Of a stretch of 64,000 nt of DNA, positions 19,639 through 29,196 are shown in pieces. The stretch is taken from positions 1 to 64,000 of the forward strand of contig JBNKBE010000016.1 in assembly GCA_050287085.1 (NCBI GenBank). The letters run 5' to 3'. The notes under the pieces were generated by a model. It made no database searches. It was given only the letters and a program-made list of their open reading frames with translations, and was not told the DNA's origin. How positions within the stretch are numbered: position 1 is the stretch's first letter; each line of letters opens with the position of its first letter. This stretch comes from Polyangiaceae bacterium (GTDB lineage: Bacteria > Myxococcota_A > Polyangia > Polyangiales > Polyangiaceae). A program made the translations under genes and the position numbers.

Positions 19639-19997
19639 GCCCGCGGCCGGTGCATGCGACATGGCTTGGGTATGGGTTCGTGCGGAGCTGGTCGTCGGCC
19701 GCCAAAGCTTCGGCCGCACGCCAGTGGGAAGACCCTCCGCGCTCTGTGCACGTCAGCGACTCGGTTCGCGGGTTGTTGTGTCACGTGCCGTCTGAGTTGC
19801 TGGGGTAGAGCGACATGACCCGCCTAGGGACGACGCAAGGCGACGCTCGCTCGCCGCTCGTCGGCTCAGTATTTGATCTGACGGCACTTTTCCCGAGCGA
19901 TGCGTCGTATGGGGTGGGGCGTCGCCGGGGCATTGCGTACGTTTGCTACGCGCTTCTGCGTTGACCACGGTTGCGAGCGCCAGACGCGAGCGTACGG

Positions 19998-21071
19998 ATG
20001 CTAGAGTGCTCGGCGTTGTTGACGTCCATCTCCGATCAAGTCACGCGGCGCTCCCATCGCCGCTTTCCGAAGGCATTGGGAAGTGCCCTGGCACTTCATG
20101 CGGCGTTGCTCCTTTTCCTTTCCCGTGCGTCGCCGATCCCGCTTCCGCCACCGTCGGAAACAAGTGCGTCCATTTTTGACCTCGTGTTCGACGAAGAGCC
20201 GGAGCCCGTCACCGGGCGAGGGCAGGACACTGAGCCACCCGGGGGCGAAGGTGCTGTCGAGCAGCCACCGGCGCCCCCGAAGTCACCTGGCGTTTCCCGA
20301 CCAAGCAAGACGCCGCGTGCAGTATTGGCTCCCAGGCAGGCTGCTGTTGACAAGGACGCCCCGGTGGCGTCGGAGCAAGCTGTCGAAGACGTGGAAGTTG
20401 ACGCTGCCCTCGACGCCTTGATGGCAGAAGCCTTTGAGGAGGAGTCGGCGTTTGTGTTGCCCAAGGCCGCCGCCAGGCGGGTCGAGGTGGTCGGCTCGGC
20501 GCCGGTGGGCAGCGGTACAGGGCTACGCAAGGGACAACCCACTCGTGGTCAAGGGTCGGGACCGGGGGGCGTCGGTCGCGGTGAGGGGCGCGTCGTGCGG
20601 GACTCATTTGCTCTTGGCGGCCCAACGGGCACTTTCAGGGCCGACGTCTGTGCCATTCCGAGGTTTACAGCTGCGCTGGCGAACATCCGGGAGTGCCCGC
20701 GCCTGCTTACGTTCTATACGGATCGCTTCAACATCTCATCTCGCAGCTTCACGGAAGGCTTTCCCGGGATCCCGGAGCGGACCGAGTGGTTTGCCATCAA
20801 GTACACGGGCACGTTTACCGTTCGCCGGTCGGCGGGGTACACCTTTCGTCTCGTTTCCGATGATGGCTCAGTGCTGAACATCGACGATCTGCCCATCATC
20901 GACAACGATGGCACCCACAGCCCGCGTTCGGTCTCGGCTCGCGTCGAATTGAGCGCTGGTCGGCATCAGTTGGAGCTCAAGTACTTTCAAGGGCCCGGTA
21001 GCCTGCTAGCCCTGCAGCTCTTTGTCGCGCGCGACGGCAAGCACGAAAAGACGTTTCGACCCGAGTTCTGA
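19998..21071 (+). CDS. PA14 domain protein with TonB-like TM and Pro-rich stalk
   Basis: SALALHAALL TM (SxxxH type); C-terminal EWFAIKYTG..YTFRLVSDDGS.L.ID...IDNDGTH...L.AGRH.LELKYFQ. Confidence 0.8.
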   Translation: MLECSALLTSISDQVTRRSHRRFPKALGSALALHAALLLFLSRASPIPLPPPSETSASIFDLVFDEEPEPVTGRGQDTEPPGGEGAVEQPPAPPKSPGVSRPSKTPRAVLAPRQAAVDKDAPVASEQAVEDVEVDAALDALMAEAFEEESAFVLPKAAARRVEVVGSAPVGSGTGLRKGQPTRGQGSGPGGVGRGEGRVVRDSFALGGPTGTFRADVCAIPRFTAALANIRECPRLLTFYTDRFNISSRSFTEGFPGIPERTEWFAIKYTGTFTVRRSAGYTFRLVSDDGSVLNIDDLPIIDNDGTHSPRSVSARVELSAGRHQLELKYFQGPGSLLALQLFVARDGKHEKTFRPEF

Positions 21072-21263
21072 GCTTCTTCCCGCTCACCCAGTCCTTGAGC
21101 GATTTGTTCTGCGACGCTCTGCAAAATGATGTGTGCTCGGGTGTTCTCCGAGCCTTTGAGGCCCACGTGGACGTGCGCCGCTGGTCGCCGCGGCAGAGAC
21201 AGCTGTTGCCTCGGTCTCAGAATCCGTCGCCGAACTAGGAGCGGCTCCTAGGGTTCAGGCCCG

Positions 21264-22970
21264 TTATTGGTCGCTCTCGAATGGACCCAGATCGGGCGCG
21301 CTCCCTGCGAAAGGCAGTCCGACGTCCACGCCCGCGTTGCGTAGATCGCTTCCGGGAGTGAGCTTCAGGTAGTCGATGTCAGGGAGGCTTCCGTCGCTCT
21401 TGCGAGGAGCCTTGAGCTGACTGACGTCCACACTGACGAAGTCGTCATTGGTCGCGGAGAGGCCGTTTTGCCAGCTGTTGTTGGCGATATCGGTGCGGGT
21501 TGCACTCAGGGAGCCATTAGTACCCAAGGACACGGTATTCTTGATGGTTAGGGCGGCGGCGATGTTGGAAGTGCTGAAGTTGATGTTGCTGCCGTTGTTG
21601 TGTGCGGCACTGTTGATGATCGTCACTTCACCGCGATTGCTGTTGTGGTCAAAGCCGTCATGCACGTTGCCAGCGGCGATGCACTGCCGATAGATCGCGT
21701 GGTGTGCGAGATTCTTGTCGTCGCTGCCACCGGTCTTGAAGCCGTTGCCATCTCCTGCCCCCACCGAGCCGTTCTTTAGCTTCCCATTGTCGATCGCCCA
21801 GCAATTCTCGTAGGTGGTCGTGATGTTTGTGGCCGGACGGAGGTATCCGTCCCAACCATCGTCCAGGTTGTTCCATGCGCGAGAGCCAACGAATCGATTG
21901 CCCGTGCCGACATCGAGCTTGGCCGCGAAGCCGTCGGCATTCTCTAGAGACGAGTCGGCATTGAAGTAGGAGTCGCAATTGAGGACGAGATTTTCGGATG
22001 CACCGTTGCCCAATTGTAGACCGGTGTCTGCACATTCGGAGAAGGTGGAAAACTCGATGGTGTTGTGCGAGCCGCTAACGAACATGCAGTTGTCGCCAGC
22101 GCCAGAGATATCGAGTCCGTATACGTGCCAGTAGTCGCCGGAGAGGATGAAACCCCGATTGCTCGAGTTCTCAGGCATAGCTGAGAAGTCGAGGTGAGGG
22201 CGTTCCTCGTCAAGGGGGTAGGCTCGCAGGTTGATGGGCAGAGCTTCACTGCCGTCGCCAGCGAGCCTGATGGTGGCATCTAGCGCGTATTGTCCGCCGC
22301 GGAGATACACGGTGTCGCCCGCGCTGGCCGTCGCAACGGCCTCAGCGAGCGGCAGTGGCGCGTCTAAGGAGCCGTCCGCTCCGGGCGACCCGTTCGGCGC
22401 CGCGTACACAGCATTAGGAGCGACATTGTCGGGGTCCTGTCCGTCCGCGCCCGCCGTGCCAGCGGCGTTGCCGTCGTCTCCCGCGTTGCCCCCTGCGCTT
22501 GTTCCGGCACTGTCCGGCGCTGAACCGGCGGTGTTCGGTACGCCAGCACTGCCCGCTGGCTCGCCGTCTGCCCCGCCTGTGCTGGCGCCGGCATAGGCCG
22601 GACCGGTCCCGCCAGGCGCACCGCTCTGGTTCCCACCGAGCCCCATGTTGTCGTTTGGAGCTCCGCCGTTGGTGTCGCCGCCCTCTGCGCCTGCCGCTCC
22701 GTCGCTGAGGTTGCCTGCCGTGCCTTGCGCGTTTGTCTCGCCACCGGAAGGGCCATCGTCCGGAGTACCGCTGCTCGCCGGGCTTCCGCTGTCGCCGTCT
22801 GAACAGGCGATGGAGAGCACAGCGATGGAGAGCGCAGCGATGGGGAGCACAGCCATGGAGAGCGCAGCGCTGCCGAGTCCCGCTACGCTTCGCAGCCGCT
22901 GCTTTCGATCGACGGAGGACGGGTACACGCTGGAGTGGAGGGAACGTGCGGAGATTGGGCTGCGACTCAT
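21264..22970 (-). CDS. Pectate lyase family PL9 (PelL-like beta-helix) lipoprotein
   Basis: NADGFAAK, RAWNNLDDGWD, GDGNGFKTGG; lipobox SIAC followed by a Gly/Ala/Asp linker. Confidence 0.85.
   Translation of the reverse strand: MSRSPISARSLHSSVYPSSVDRKQRLRSVAGLGSAALSMAVLPIAALSIAVLSIACSDGDSGSPASSGTPDDGPSGGETNAQGTAGNLSDGAAGAEGGDTNGGAPNDNMGLGGNQSGAPGGTGPAYAGASTGGADGEPAGSAGVPNTAGSAPDSAGTSAGGNAGDDGNAAGTAGADGQDPDNVAPNAVYAAPNGSPGADGSLDAPLPLAEAVATASAGDTVYLRGGQYALDATIRLAGDGSEALPINLRAYPLDEERPHLDFSAMPENSSNRGFILSGDYWHVYGLDISGAGDNCMFVSGSHNTIEFSTFSECADTGLQLGNGASENLVLNCDSYFNADSSLENADGFAAKLDVGTGNRFVGSRAWNNLDDGWDGYLRPATNITTTYENCWAIDNGKLKNGSVGAGDGNGFKTGGSDDKNLAHHAIYRQCIAAGNVHDGFDHNSNRGEVTIINSAAHNNGSNINFSTSNIAAALTIKNTVSLGTNGSLSATRTDIANNSWQNGLSATNDDFVSVDVSQLKAPRKSDGSLPDIDYLKLTPGSDLRNAGVDVGLPFAGSAPDLGPFESDQ
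22807..22869. repeat. 15-bp tandem repeat x4 in the PL9 signal peptide
   Basis: gcgatggagagcaca-like units at 22807, 22822, 22837 and 22852. Confidence 0.8.
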
Positions 22971-23188
22971 AGTGGGGAGTATTCAAGGTTTGCTGAGAGC
23001 GCTCGCCTAGGCAACAGTCATGGGCGCTCGCTCGCAATTTGCGGACTGCCCTGACGTCCGCGATGGCTCTCCGGACACGTAGTCGGGGGGGAGCATCTGA
23101 TTTGTGCTCCGACATGGTGACTTGGTCGCGGCTTGAGAACACTCCTGCTGCAGTGTTCGTCTGTACCGAAATCTGCTATAGCGCTTTG

Positions 23189-24286
23189 ATGTCGCCGCAA
23201 TCGTCGCGCCTCACAACGGCTCGCGCATCGCAAGCAGCAGGCGCATCGCAAGCAGCAGGCGCATCGCAAGCAGCAGGCGCATCGCAAGCAGCAGGCGCAT
23301 CGCAAGCAGCAGGCGGCGAAGGAGCCCTGGCCGGGGAGCAAGGACTTGTTGCGCGCCCATCGCCTGAGGCTCGCCGCCTCGGCGCACTTCGCAAGGAGAA
23401 TGCAAGGCTGGTGCGACAGATTGCGAAGAAACGGTCGGTCTTGGAGCAGATAACAGGACTTCAGCGGCTGGTAGGGCAACGGCTGAGCGAGGCGGGGGCC
23501 GCGTTTGGGGGACGCTACAACGCGGTTGGCACTGAGATCCGCCTACTGCTGGAGGGGCTGTTGGGGCCAGGCAGCGGGCTCAACAAGAAGGTTCGCGCTA
23601 GGATTCGGCGCGCGTACGGCGACCTGCTGGCGACTCTACCGGATGGTCTTACGCCGCGCGAAGCGGAGGACTCCGTGTCCGCGCATCGCGGACGGCAAGG
23701 GGCAACTGACAGCGACTCCGCGGGGGTCAGTCCGGGGGCACACACCCCGGGACCGGAGCGGAGCCTTCTGCTGCGCGCCTGCTTTCGGCGACTTGCTGTT
23801 GTGCTACATCCGGACAAGGTGCAAGACGACGCGTTGAGGCTGGAGCGCACGGCACTCATGAAAGAGGTGACGCGAGCCTACGATACGGCCGACTTGGCTC
23901 GTTTATTCGAGCTCGAGAGCGTGTGGTTGTCGGGGGAGGCCCATGCGGCAGACCTGGGTTCAATGAGTCAGAGGGTCGCGGATGCCGCGCTCGCGAATCG
24001 GGCGTTGCGTGGGCAATTGCGCCAGCTCACCCACGCCTACAAGCAAGCGCGCGCCGCGTTGCCGTTCGAGCTCGACCTGCGGCTGAACGCCACAACCGCC
24101 GAGCGAGTGGAGCGGAGCCTGTCGGAGCTCCTTGCTGCAGCTAGACGAGAGCTGGACCGGCTCGAAGAGTTGCGAGACTTCGTAGTCACCTTCCGCGCAG
24201 GGGACATGAGCCTGGACGCATTCTTGCTTGGGCCTCGCCCGGGCGAAATGCGCGTTGCGTCGAGCGACGCCACGCTCCGTGGGTGA
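23189..24286 (+). CDS. J-domain (HPD) coiled-coil protein
   Basis: FRRLAVVLHPDK...LMKEVTRAY..DLARL. Start uncertain (ATG 23189). Confidence 0.7.
   Translation: MSPQSSRLTTARASQAAGASQAAGASQAAGASQAAGASQAAGGEGALAGEQGLVARPSPEARRLGALRKENARLVRQIAKKRSVLEQITGLQRLVGQRLSEAGAAFGGRYNAVGTEIRLLLEGLLGPGSGLNKKVRARIRRAYGDLLATLPDGLTPREAEDSVSAHRGRQGATDSDSAGVSPGAHTPGPERSLLLRACFRRLAVVLHPDKVQDDALRLERTALMKEVTRAYDTADLARLFELESVWLSGEAHAADLGSMSQRVADAALANRALRGQLRQLTHAYKQARAALPFELDLRLNATTAERVERSLSELLAAARRELDRLEELRDFVVTFRAGDMSLDAFLLGPRPGEMRVASSDATLRG
23223..23312. repeat. Perfect 18-bp tandem repeat x5 (gcgcatcgcaagcagcag; encodes ASQAAG)
   Basis: Five identical copies read directly from the sequence. Confidence 0.95.
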
Positions 24287-24443
24287 GCGAACAAGTCTAT
24301 GGAGGGGCGCGGCGCCTGGCTGCGAGGGAATCGTGGCGAGCGCCGGAGTGAACACCATGGCTCTTTGAACCGCGTGCAGCCCGCGAAAGTATGGGGCTCT
24401 TTACCGGTCGCTTGAGGGTGCCTTCCCTGGTATAGCTGGGGCG

Positions 24444-25106
24444 ATGCTCAAGCTCGGCTACAGCACCTTGTTCACGTGGTTGATGGGCGCTGGCGTGTTG
24501 TGGTCACTGTGGACGCTCGTGCAGTCTCCCCCGCCCCTTCTCGACGCGCTGCTGCTCCTGGGCCTGTGTTTGTTGCTGACGGATTTGATCAGCGGTCTCC
24601 TGCATGTGATCTTGGACAACCCTCGTTCGCTCGAGGTCCCAGCGATCGAGGGCTTGGCCCAGGGGTTTCAGCGTCACCACGAGCATCCGTCTCGCATCTA
24701 TGAGATGCCCCTCTATCAGCATCTCTATGTCATGCATCTGCCTCTGACGGCGCTCTTCCTGGTCACCATTCCCTTTCAGGAGTCGCGTCTGTCGGTCGTC
24801 TTCCTTGGCATGGTGCTGGCGCTGCACTTGATGCAGATGGCGCATCTATGGGCCCACCTTCCGCCTGAGCGTGTCCCTGGGCTGGTCACGCGGCTTCAGA
24901 AGGCTGGCATCTTGCTGAGCAAGCCGCGCCACGACAAGCACCACACGCCTCCCTACAACAGGGACTTCTGCATCATGACCGGGATCTGCAATCCTTTGCT
25001 CAACGGTGTCGTATCGGTGGTCGGCACCACTACCCACTGGTGGAATGCCATTTTTGTCGCGGTTGCCCTCTCGCCGATGGCGACCGCGTGGCTCATGAGT
25101 CTTTAG
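24444..25106 (+). CDS. CarF/TMEM189-family lipid desaturase (plasmanylethanolamine desaturase-like)
   Basis: D.ISGLLHVILDN, FQRHHEHP, HLWAH, HDKHH, FCIMTGICNP His boxes and TM helices. Confidence 0.8.
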   Translation: MLKLGYSTLFTWLMGAGVLWSLWTLVQSPPPLLDALLLLGLCLLLTDLISGLLHVILDNPRSLEVPAIEGLAQGFQRHHEHPSRIYEMPLYQHLYVMHLPLTALFLVTIPFQESRLSVVFLGMVLALHLMQMAHLWAHLPPERVPGLVTRLQKAGILLSKPRHDKHHTPPYNRDFCIMTGICNPLLNGVVSVVGTTTHWWNAIFVAVALSPMATAWLMSL

Positions 25107-25107
25107 G

Positions 25108-25243
25108 GCCAAGGCGCGGGACTCCATGAGTCCTCTGTGGCCATCCTGGAGTCCTCCATGAGTCCTCTGTGGCCATCCTGGAGGACTCCATGAGTCCTCT
25201 GGGGCCTTGAGAGTGGAACCCCATGGGTCCTTCGGGCCTTGGC
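25108..25243. repeat. 32-bp palindromic tandem repeat cluster (REP/BIME-like) bounded by an 8-bp inverted repeat
   Basis: Units at 25122, 25154 and 25186 with GGACTC-CAT-GAGTCC cores; flanks gccaaggc (25108-25115) and gccttggc (25236-25243). Confidence 0.7.
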
Positions 25244-25365
25244 GCGGGGCTCTGCGGCGTGTTGGCCTGTCGCGGCGTTCTGGTGGCTCCTCAGCCTGCC
25301 ATGGGCGGGGCCGACGATGTCTCGCGTCGCTCCTGGGCCTCGCAGCTGATGGGGGGCCGTGGACG

Positions 25366-25397
25366 CAGAAACGCCGCCCCGGGATGAGGGCGGCGTT
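25366..25397 (-). terminator. Probable intrinsic terminator of the DUF1592/DUF1552 operon
   Basis: 10-bp stem aacgccgccc (25370-25379) / gggcggcgtt (25388-25397) with a short T run on the minus strand, ~40 bp after the stop. Confidence 0.55.
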
Positions 25398-25437
25398 CAT
25401 GACCCCCAGGGGGCGGCGGCCTAGTTTTCGTCGGAGC

Positions 25438-26856
25438 TCAGCCGATCCCTGCCAGGGGTCCGCTGCAAAACTGGGGGTCGCCGAATGTCTCGCGGTTGTC
25501 GCCGCAAAGCCTCAGCAACGATAGCAGTAGGTTGTTGTGAGAATCGCCGCCGAATCTCATGAAACGACCCGTTTCGAGGCCACCGCCGCGTCCTGCAAGT
25601 AGGAACGGCATGGCGTTCTTTCGGTGGGTTGGCGGTTCTTGCAGCTCCGAGCCGAAGAAGAGGATGCTTTCGTCAAGAAGGGAGTGCCCTCCCATATCCA
25701 CTTCGCTCATCTTCTGAATCAGGTAGGCGTGCTGCTGCGAGTACCACTTGCAGATCTGCTCGCACTCGTCGGGCTTGAAACCGCCGTCGTGCTGATAGAA
25801 GTGGTGGTGCTCGGACAGATTGAGCCACGGGAAGGTATGTTTCGCTTCAGTATCTGACCACTGCAGCGTGGCAACAGCCGTGATGTCGCACGCCATTGCC
25901 ATTACGAGCATGTCCATGAAGAACTGCCCGACCGTAGGGATTGCGGCGTCAGACGAACCGTCTTTGATCGACCCGTCGTCACTCGAGTTCAGGCCGCTAG
26001 TGGGATTGTAGCCGCTGGTATCAACCCGCTCCGGGACCTTGCATGAGGAGGACTCCATCACGTCATCGCTATTGAGCCGCTGCTCCAGCGCGCGAATGTG
26101 GGTCAAGTGTTCCTCAAGCTTCTGTCGGTCGCGCACACTCAGTAGCTGACTGACCTTTTCGTAGCGCTTGTCGAGGTAGTCGAGCATGGAGCGCTTGCCC
26201 TCGAGCATGGCGGGGGTTGCGGTAGCATCGCCCGGATCAATACTGCCGAAGATCTGCACCCAGACGTCGACCGGATCCAAACGCGGCGACAGCGGGCTGA
26301 AGTTGGGGTCGTCCGCAAACGTCAGCGAGTTGATCGGATGAAGCTTGCCGTGGGACTTGCCCGTTGCCCAGCGCACGGCCAGTCCCAGGCTCTTGTGCTG
26401 CTTCCCTTCAGAAAGGGAGCCGGCCAGCACCTGATCAATAGAAGGGCCACCCGCAAACTGACCGCGTTGCCCAGACTGTGGAGTTCCGGTCAACAGCGCG
26501 ACGATACCTGCTTGGTGCTGCTCTCCGACGGCACTGGCCATGTCCAGGCCGTCAACGACGACGATGTCATTCTTCACCGGTTCAAGGGGCGAGAGAATCG
26601 AACTCAAAGTGAAGTCCGTGGTCGAACCATTGGGGAGCCAGCGATCGCGGACGGTACCCCCGGGCTGGTAGACGGCCATGAAGCGCTTGGCCGCGCCGTC
26701 GGCTTGCCCCCGGGCATCGGGTACCATCGCCTCGAGCCAAGGCAAACCAATCGCCAGACTTCCGGCACCACGCAGTACCGTTCGTCGGGTGAGGCGTGAA
26801 CCCGCACGCTTTGAGCCACTGGCGCTACGACGCGTCCCGAGAGATAGGGCTTTCAT
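25438..26856 (-). CDS. DUF1552 family protein (Tat-like signal)
   Basis: TRRTVLRGAG..IGLPWLEAM, GPSIDQ, S.LD, D..KLEEHL..IR.LE, SLLDES. ATGA overlap with the upstream gene. Confidence 0.88.
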   Translation of the reverse strand: MKALSLGTRRSASGSKRAGSRLTRRTVLRGAGSLAIGLPWLEAMVPDARGQADGAAKRFMAVYQPGGTVRDRWLPNGSTTDFTLSSILSPLEPVKNDIVVVDGLDMASAVGEQHQAGIVALLTGTPQSGQRGQFAGGPSIDQVLAGSLSEGKQHKSLGLAVRWATGKSHGKLHPINSLTFADDPNFSPLSPRLDPVDVWVQIFGSIDPGDATATPAMLEGKRSMLDYLDKRYEKVSQLLSVRDRQKLEEHLTHIRALEQRLNSDDVMESSSCKVPERVDTSGYNPTSGLNSSDDGSIKDGSSDAAIPTVGQFFMDMLVMAMACDITAVATLQWSDTEAKHTFPWLNLSEHHHFYQHDGGFKPDECEQICKWYSQQHAYLIQKMSEVDMGGHSLLDESILFFGSELQEPPTHRKNAMPFLLAGRGGGLETGRFMRFGGDSHNNLLLSLLRLCGDNRETFGDPQFCSGPLAGIG

Positions 26857-28748
26857 TCCGTGACTCCTTCCGGCAGGTAGAGAAAGGCATCGGTCTGGGT
26901 CAGATTGATCAACAGTTGTTTCACGTTGTGATTGGTGGCGGCAAATGCCTCTTCGAGCTGGTCGGTGCTGCACTTATCAGCGACCGTGATTTCCCTACCG
27001 TATGCATAGGTCTGCCAGTTTCTAGCAAAGCAGGCGTGTGTCTTGGGTGAGGCGGCGATCTGCCGCACTAGCTCCACTGGGCCGTCGAAGGGCTCCGGCA
27101 GCGCTCCTACGGAACCCGTGGCGTCGATGGTTACGCCGTTCTCCTGGTCCCGCCATAAGCCGACCGCATCGAAGTTTTCGAGCGCAAAGCCCATTGGATC
27201 CAACAGAGCGTGACAACCAGCACACACCGCTTGTTTGCTATGGGCCTCGTAGCGCTCACGCCCTGTATCTCCCGAGTAGGGATCTGGGATCTTCACCATC
27301 GCAAAGACCTCAGCGGAGGGCAGCGGCACGTCCATGCACAAGACGTGGTTGAGCAGGAAGCCGCCGCGCCGCACGGGATTCGTCACGTTGGTGATTGTCG
27401 TGCCGGTCAGCAGCGCGCCTTGAGTGAGCAGCCCCAGACGCTTGGTCGTGTCGTCGATGTCGACCCTGCGGAACTCCTCCCCCGTGACGCCCTCCACGCC
27501 GTAGAATTTGGCGAGCGTCTCGTTCATGTAGGTGTAGGGCGCGGTGAGGATCGCCTCCCAGTTGCCGTCTTCCTCGAACACGGCACGATCGAGAAACATC
27601 ATCGTCTCGTCGTGCATCAGCTTCCCAATCTGGCCTGAGAAGGTCGGGAAGAGTTCAGCATCGCGCGTCAGATCGGTGAGCGTGCCGATCGGCAGATAGC
27701 TTTCGAAGAAGTGCCCCACAACTTCGCGTGCTTCGGGCGTCTCAATCAGGCGTTCTGCCTGAGCTCTGACACCTTCCGCAGACGACAATTCCCCCGCGTT
27801 GGCTGCCGCGAGCAACGCTTCGTCCGGAGGTCCACCTCGGAATAGGTAGCTGAGCCGCGTTGCCATCTCGTGGTTGGTGGGTCGTCGGTAGCCATCCGCG
27901 CCCACCTCTCCCAGCTCGACTCGATAGAGAAAGTCGGGAGACTGCAGCATTGTCTGCATCGCCAGTGCGATGCTTCGAGAGAAGTCACCCTCTCCCCGCG
28001 CTACTTCCTGGATCGCCAGCAGCTCGCTGACTTCCTCGTCGGCGAGCGGGCGACGGAAGGCACTAGCACCGAAGCTCCGCACGAACTGATCGGCGCAAGC
28101 CGCCTCTGTTTCGGCCGTGACGTCTTGTAGGCAGGGTGCGTAGCGGTTGGCGAATTCCGCCGAGTCCATCGCTTCTCCCGCGATTCGCTCCGCGATGCTG
28201 GCGTATTGCTCGATGAGAAACGCGGAACTGGGTTGGGCGGCTGCGTCGTTGCCGAAGCCATTTCCCAGGAGCTCGGCTGGGAGGCCGTCTCCGGCCCTAG
28301 CGCTCGACTCGGTACCTACCAGCTTTTGCATCGTGGTTGTGTACTCGAACTGCGTAAGCCGCCGCAGGGGGGCCTCACCGGGTTGGGGGGCATCACACGA
28401 CGCGGGTGCGACCACCGGAGTACCGCCGCTGCCGCCGTTGGTATCTCCGGCCATACCGGCGCTCTGTTCGCCGCCGGAGCCCGCCGCCGGGGGGGTGACG
28501 TTCGGCGCGCCGCCGTTGTCGTCCGTAACGCCTCCGCCAGCACCCGCTGGGGACGGCAGGGGCTCGACCGGCGCTTCACCGGAGCACGCTGCCAGAGCAC
28601 TTAGGGTGATAAGTGAACAGAAAGCTGAACTGATGTTCAGTTTCCTTCTGGGGCGCGCAGCACGCGTCGATGACGTGTTGCAGACCAAAGCTTGTTTGCT
28701 GTCGGCTATAGCTCGCACTGGTACCTCTTGAGTCCACGGGGCGACCAC
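26853..28748 (-). CDS. DUF1592/DUF1588/DUF1595 domain lipoprotein with one CxxCH
   Basis: LRRLTQFEY..T, AFRRPL, LQSPDFLYR, ATRLSY....PPD, GLLTQG, NPVRRG, CAGCH, DPMGFALENFDAVG.WR; lipobox LAAC. Start uncertain. Confidence 0.88.
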   Translation of the reverse strand: MVAPWTQEVPVRAIADSKQALVCNTSSTRAARPRRKLNISSAFCSLITLSALAACSGEAPVEPLPSPAGAGGGVTDDNGGAPNVTPPAAGSGGEQSAGMAGDTNGGSGGTPVVAPASCDAPQPGEAPLRRLTQFEYTTTMQKLVGTESSARAGDGLPAELLGNGFGNDAAAQPSSAFLIEQYASIAERIAGEAMDSAEFANRYAPCLQDVTAETEAACADQFVRSFGASAFRRPLADEEVSELLAIQEVARGEGDFSRSIALAMQTMLQSPDFLYRVELGEVGADGYRRPTNHEMATRLSYLFRGGPPDEALLAAANAGELSSAEGVRAQAERLIETPEAREVVGHFFESYLPIGTLTDLTRDAELFPTFSGQIGKLMHDETMMFLDRAVFEEDGNWEAILTAPYTYMNETLAKFYGVEGVTGEEFRRVDIDDTTKRLGLLTQGALLTGTTITNVTNPVRRGGFLLNHVLCMDVPLPSAEVFAMVKIPDPYSGDTGRERYEAHSKQAVCAGCHALLDPMGFALENFDAVGLWRDQENGVTIDATGSVGALPEPFDGPVELVRQIAASPKTHACFARNWQTYAYGREITVADKCSTDQLEEAFAATNHNVKQLLINLTQTDAFLYLPEGVTE

Positions 28749-29196
28749 GCCTCGGCGGAGCCGGGCGCTGCGGTAGTGCAGGTGCAGACGGGTGCGGGAC
28801 CTGTTCTTCTACCGTATGAAAACGGCAGCCCAACTACCAAGCCACGCTCTAGCACCGCGTTCCCTGGATGACCATACGGTTCGGGAGCAGAGCTGCAGGG
28901 ACCTCCCCAATCGCGTCGCACGCTGGTGACGGGACTGCTGTTTTGGAGCCACGCTGAACCCCGTTTAGCGCATGTGGTGTTCTTGGGGGAGAGCCACAAA
29001 AAGCTGTAACAAAACGCGATGCTCGAAACTGAGCGCGGGGCGTGGGACCAGCCGGTGAGTTCTGCATCAACCGCCAACCCAAAGGGGGATTCTTGCGCGC
29101 AATGCGCAGGGCGCTGAGCCACCCGCGGGGCGCGTGAATGGCGTTTGGCGTGGCGTGTTGCAGGCCTGCACCCCGGGGGCTAGTCACCGGGGAATA

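Noticed and set aside
25122..25230. Possible mini-CRISPR array
   Set aside because: The sequences between palindromes are identical rather than unique spacers, the period is only 32 bp, and no cas genes are present.
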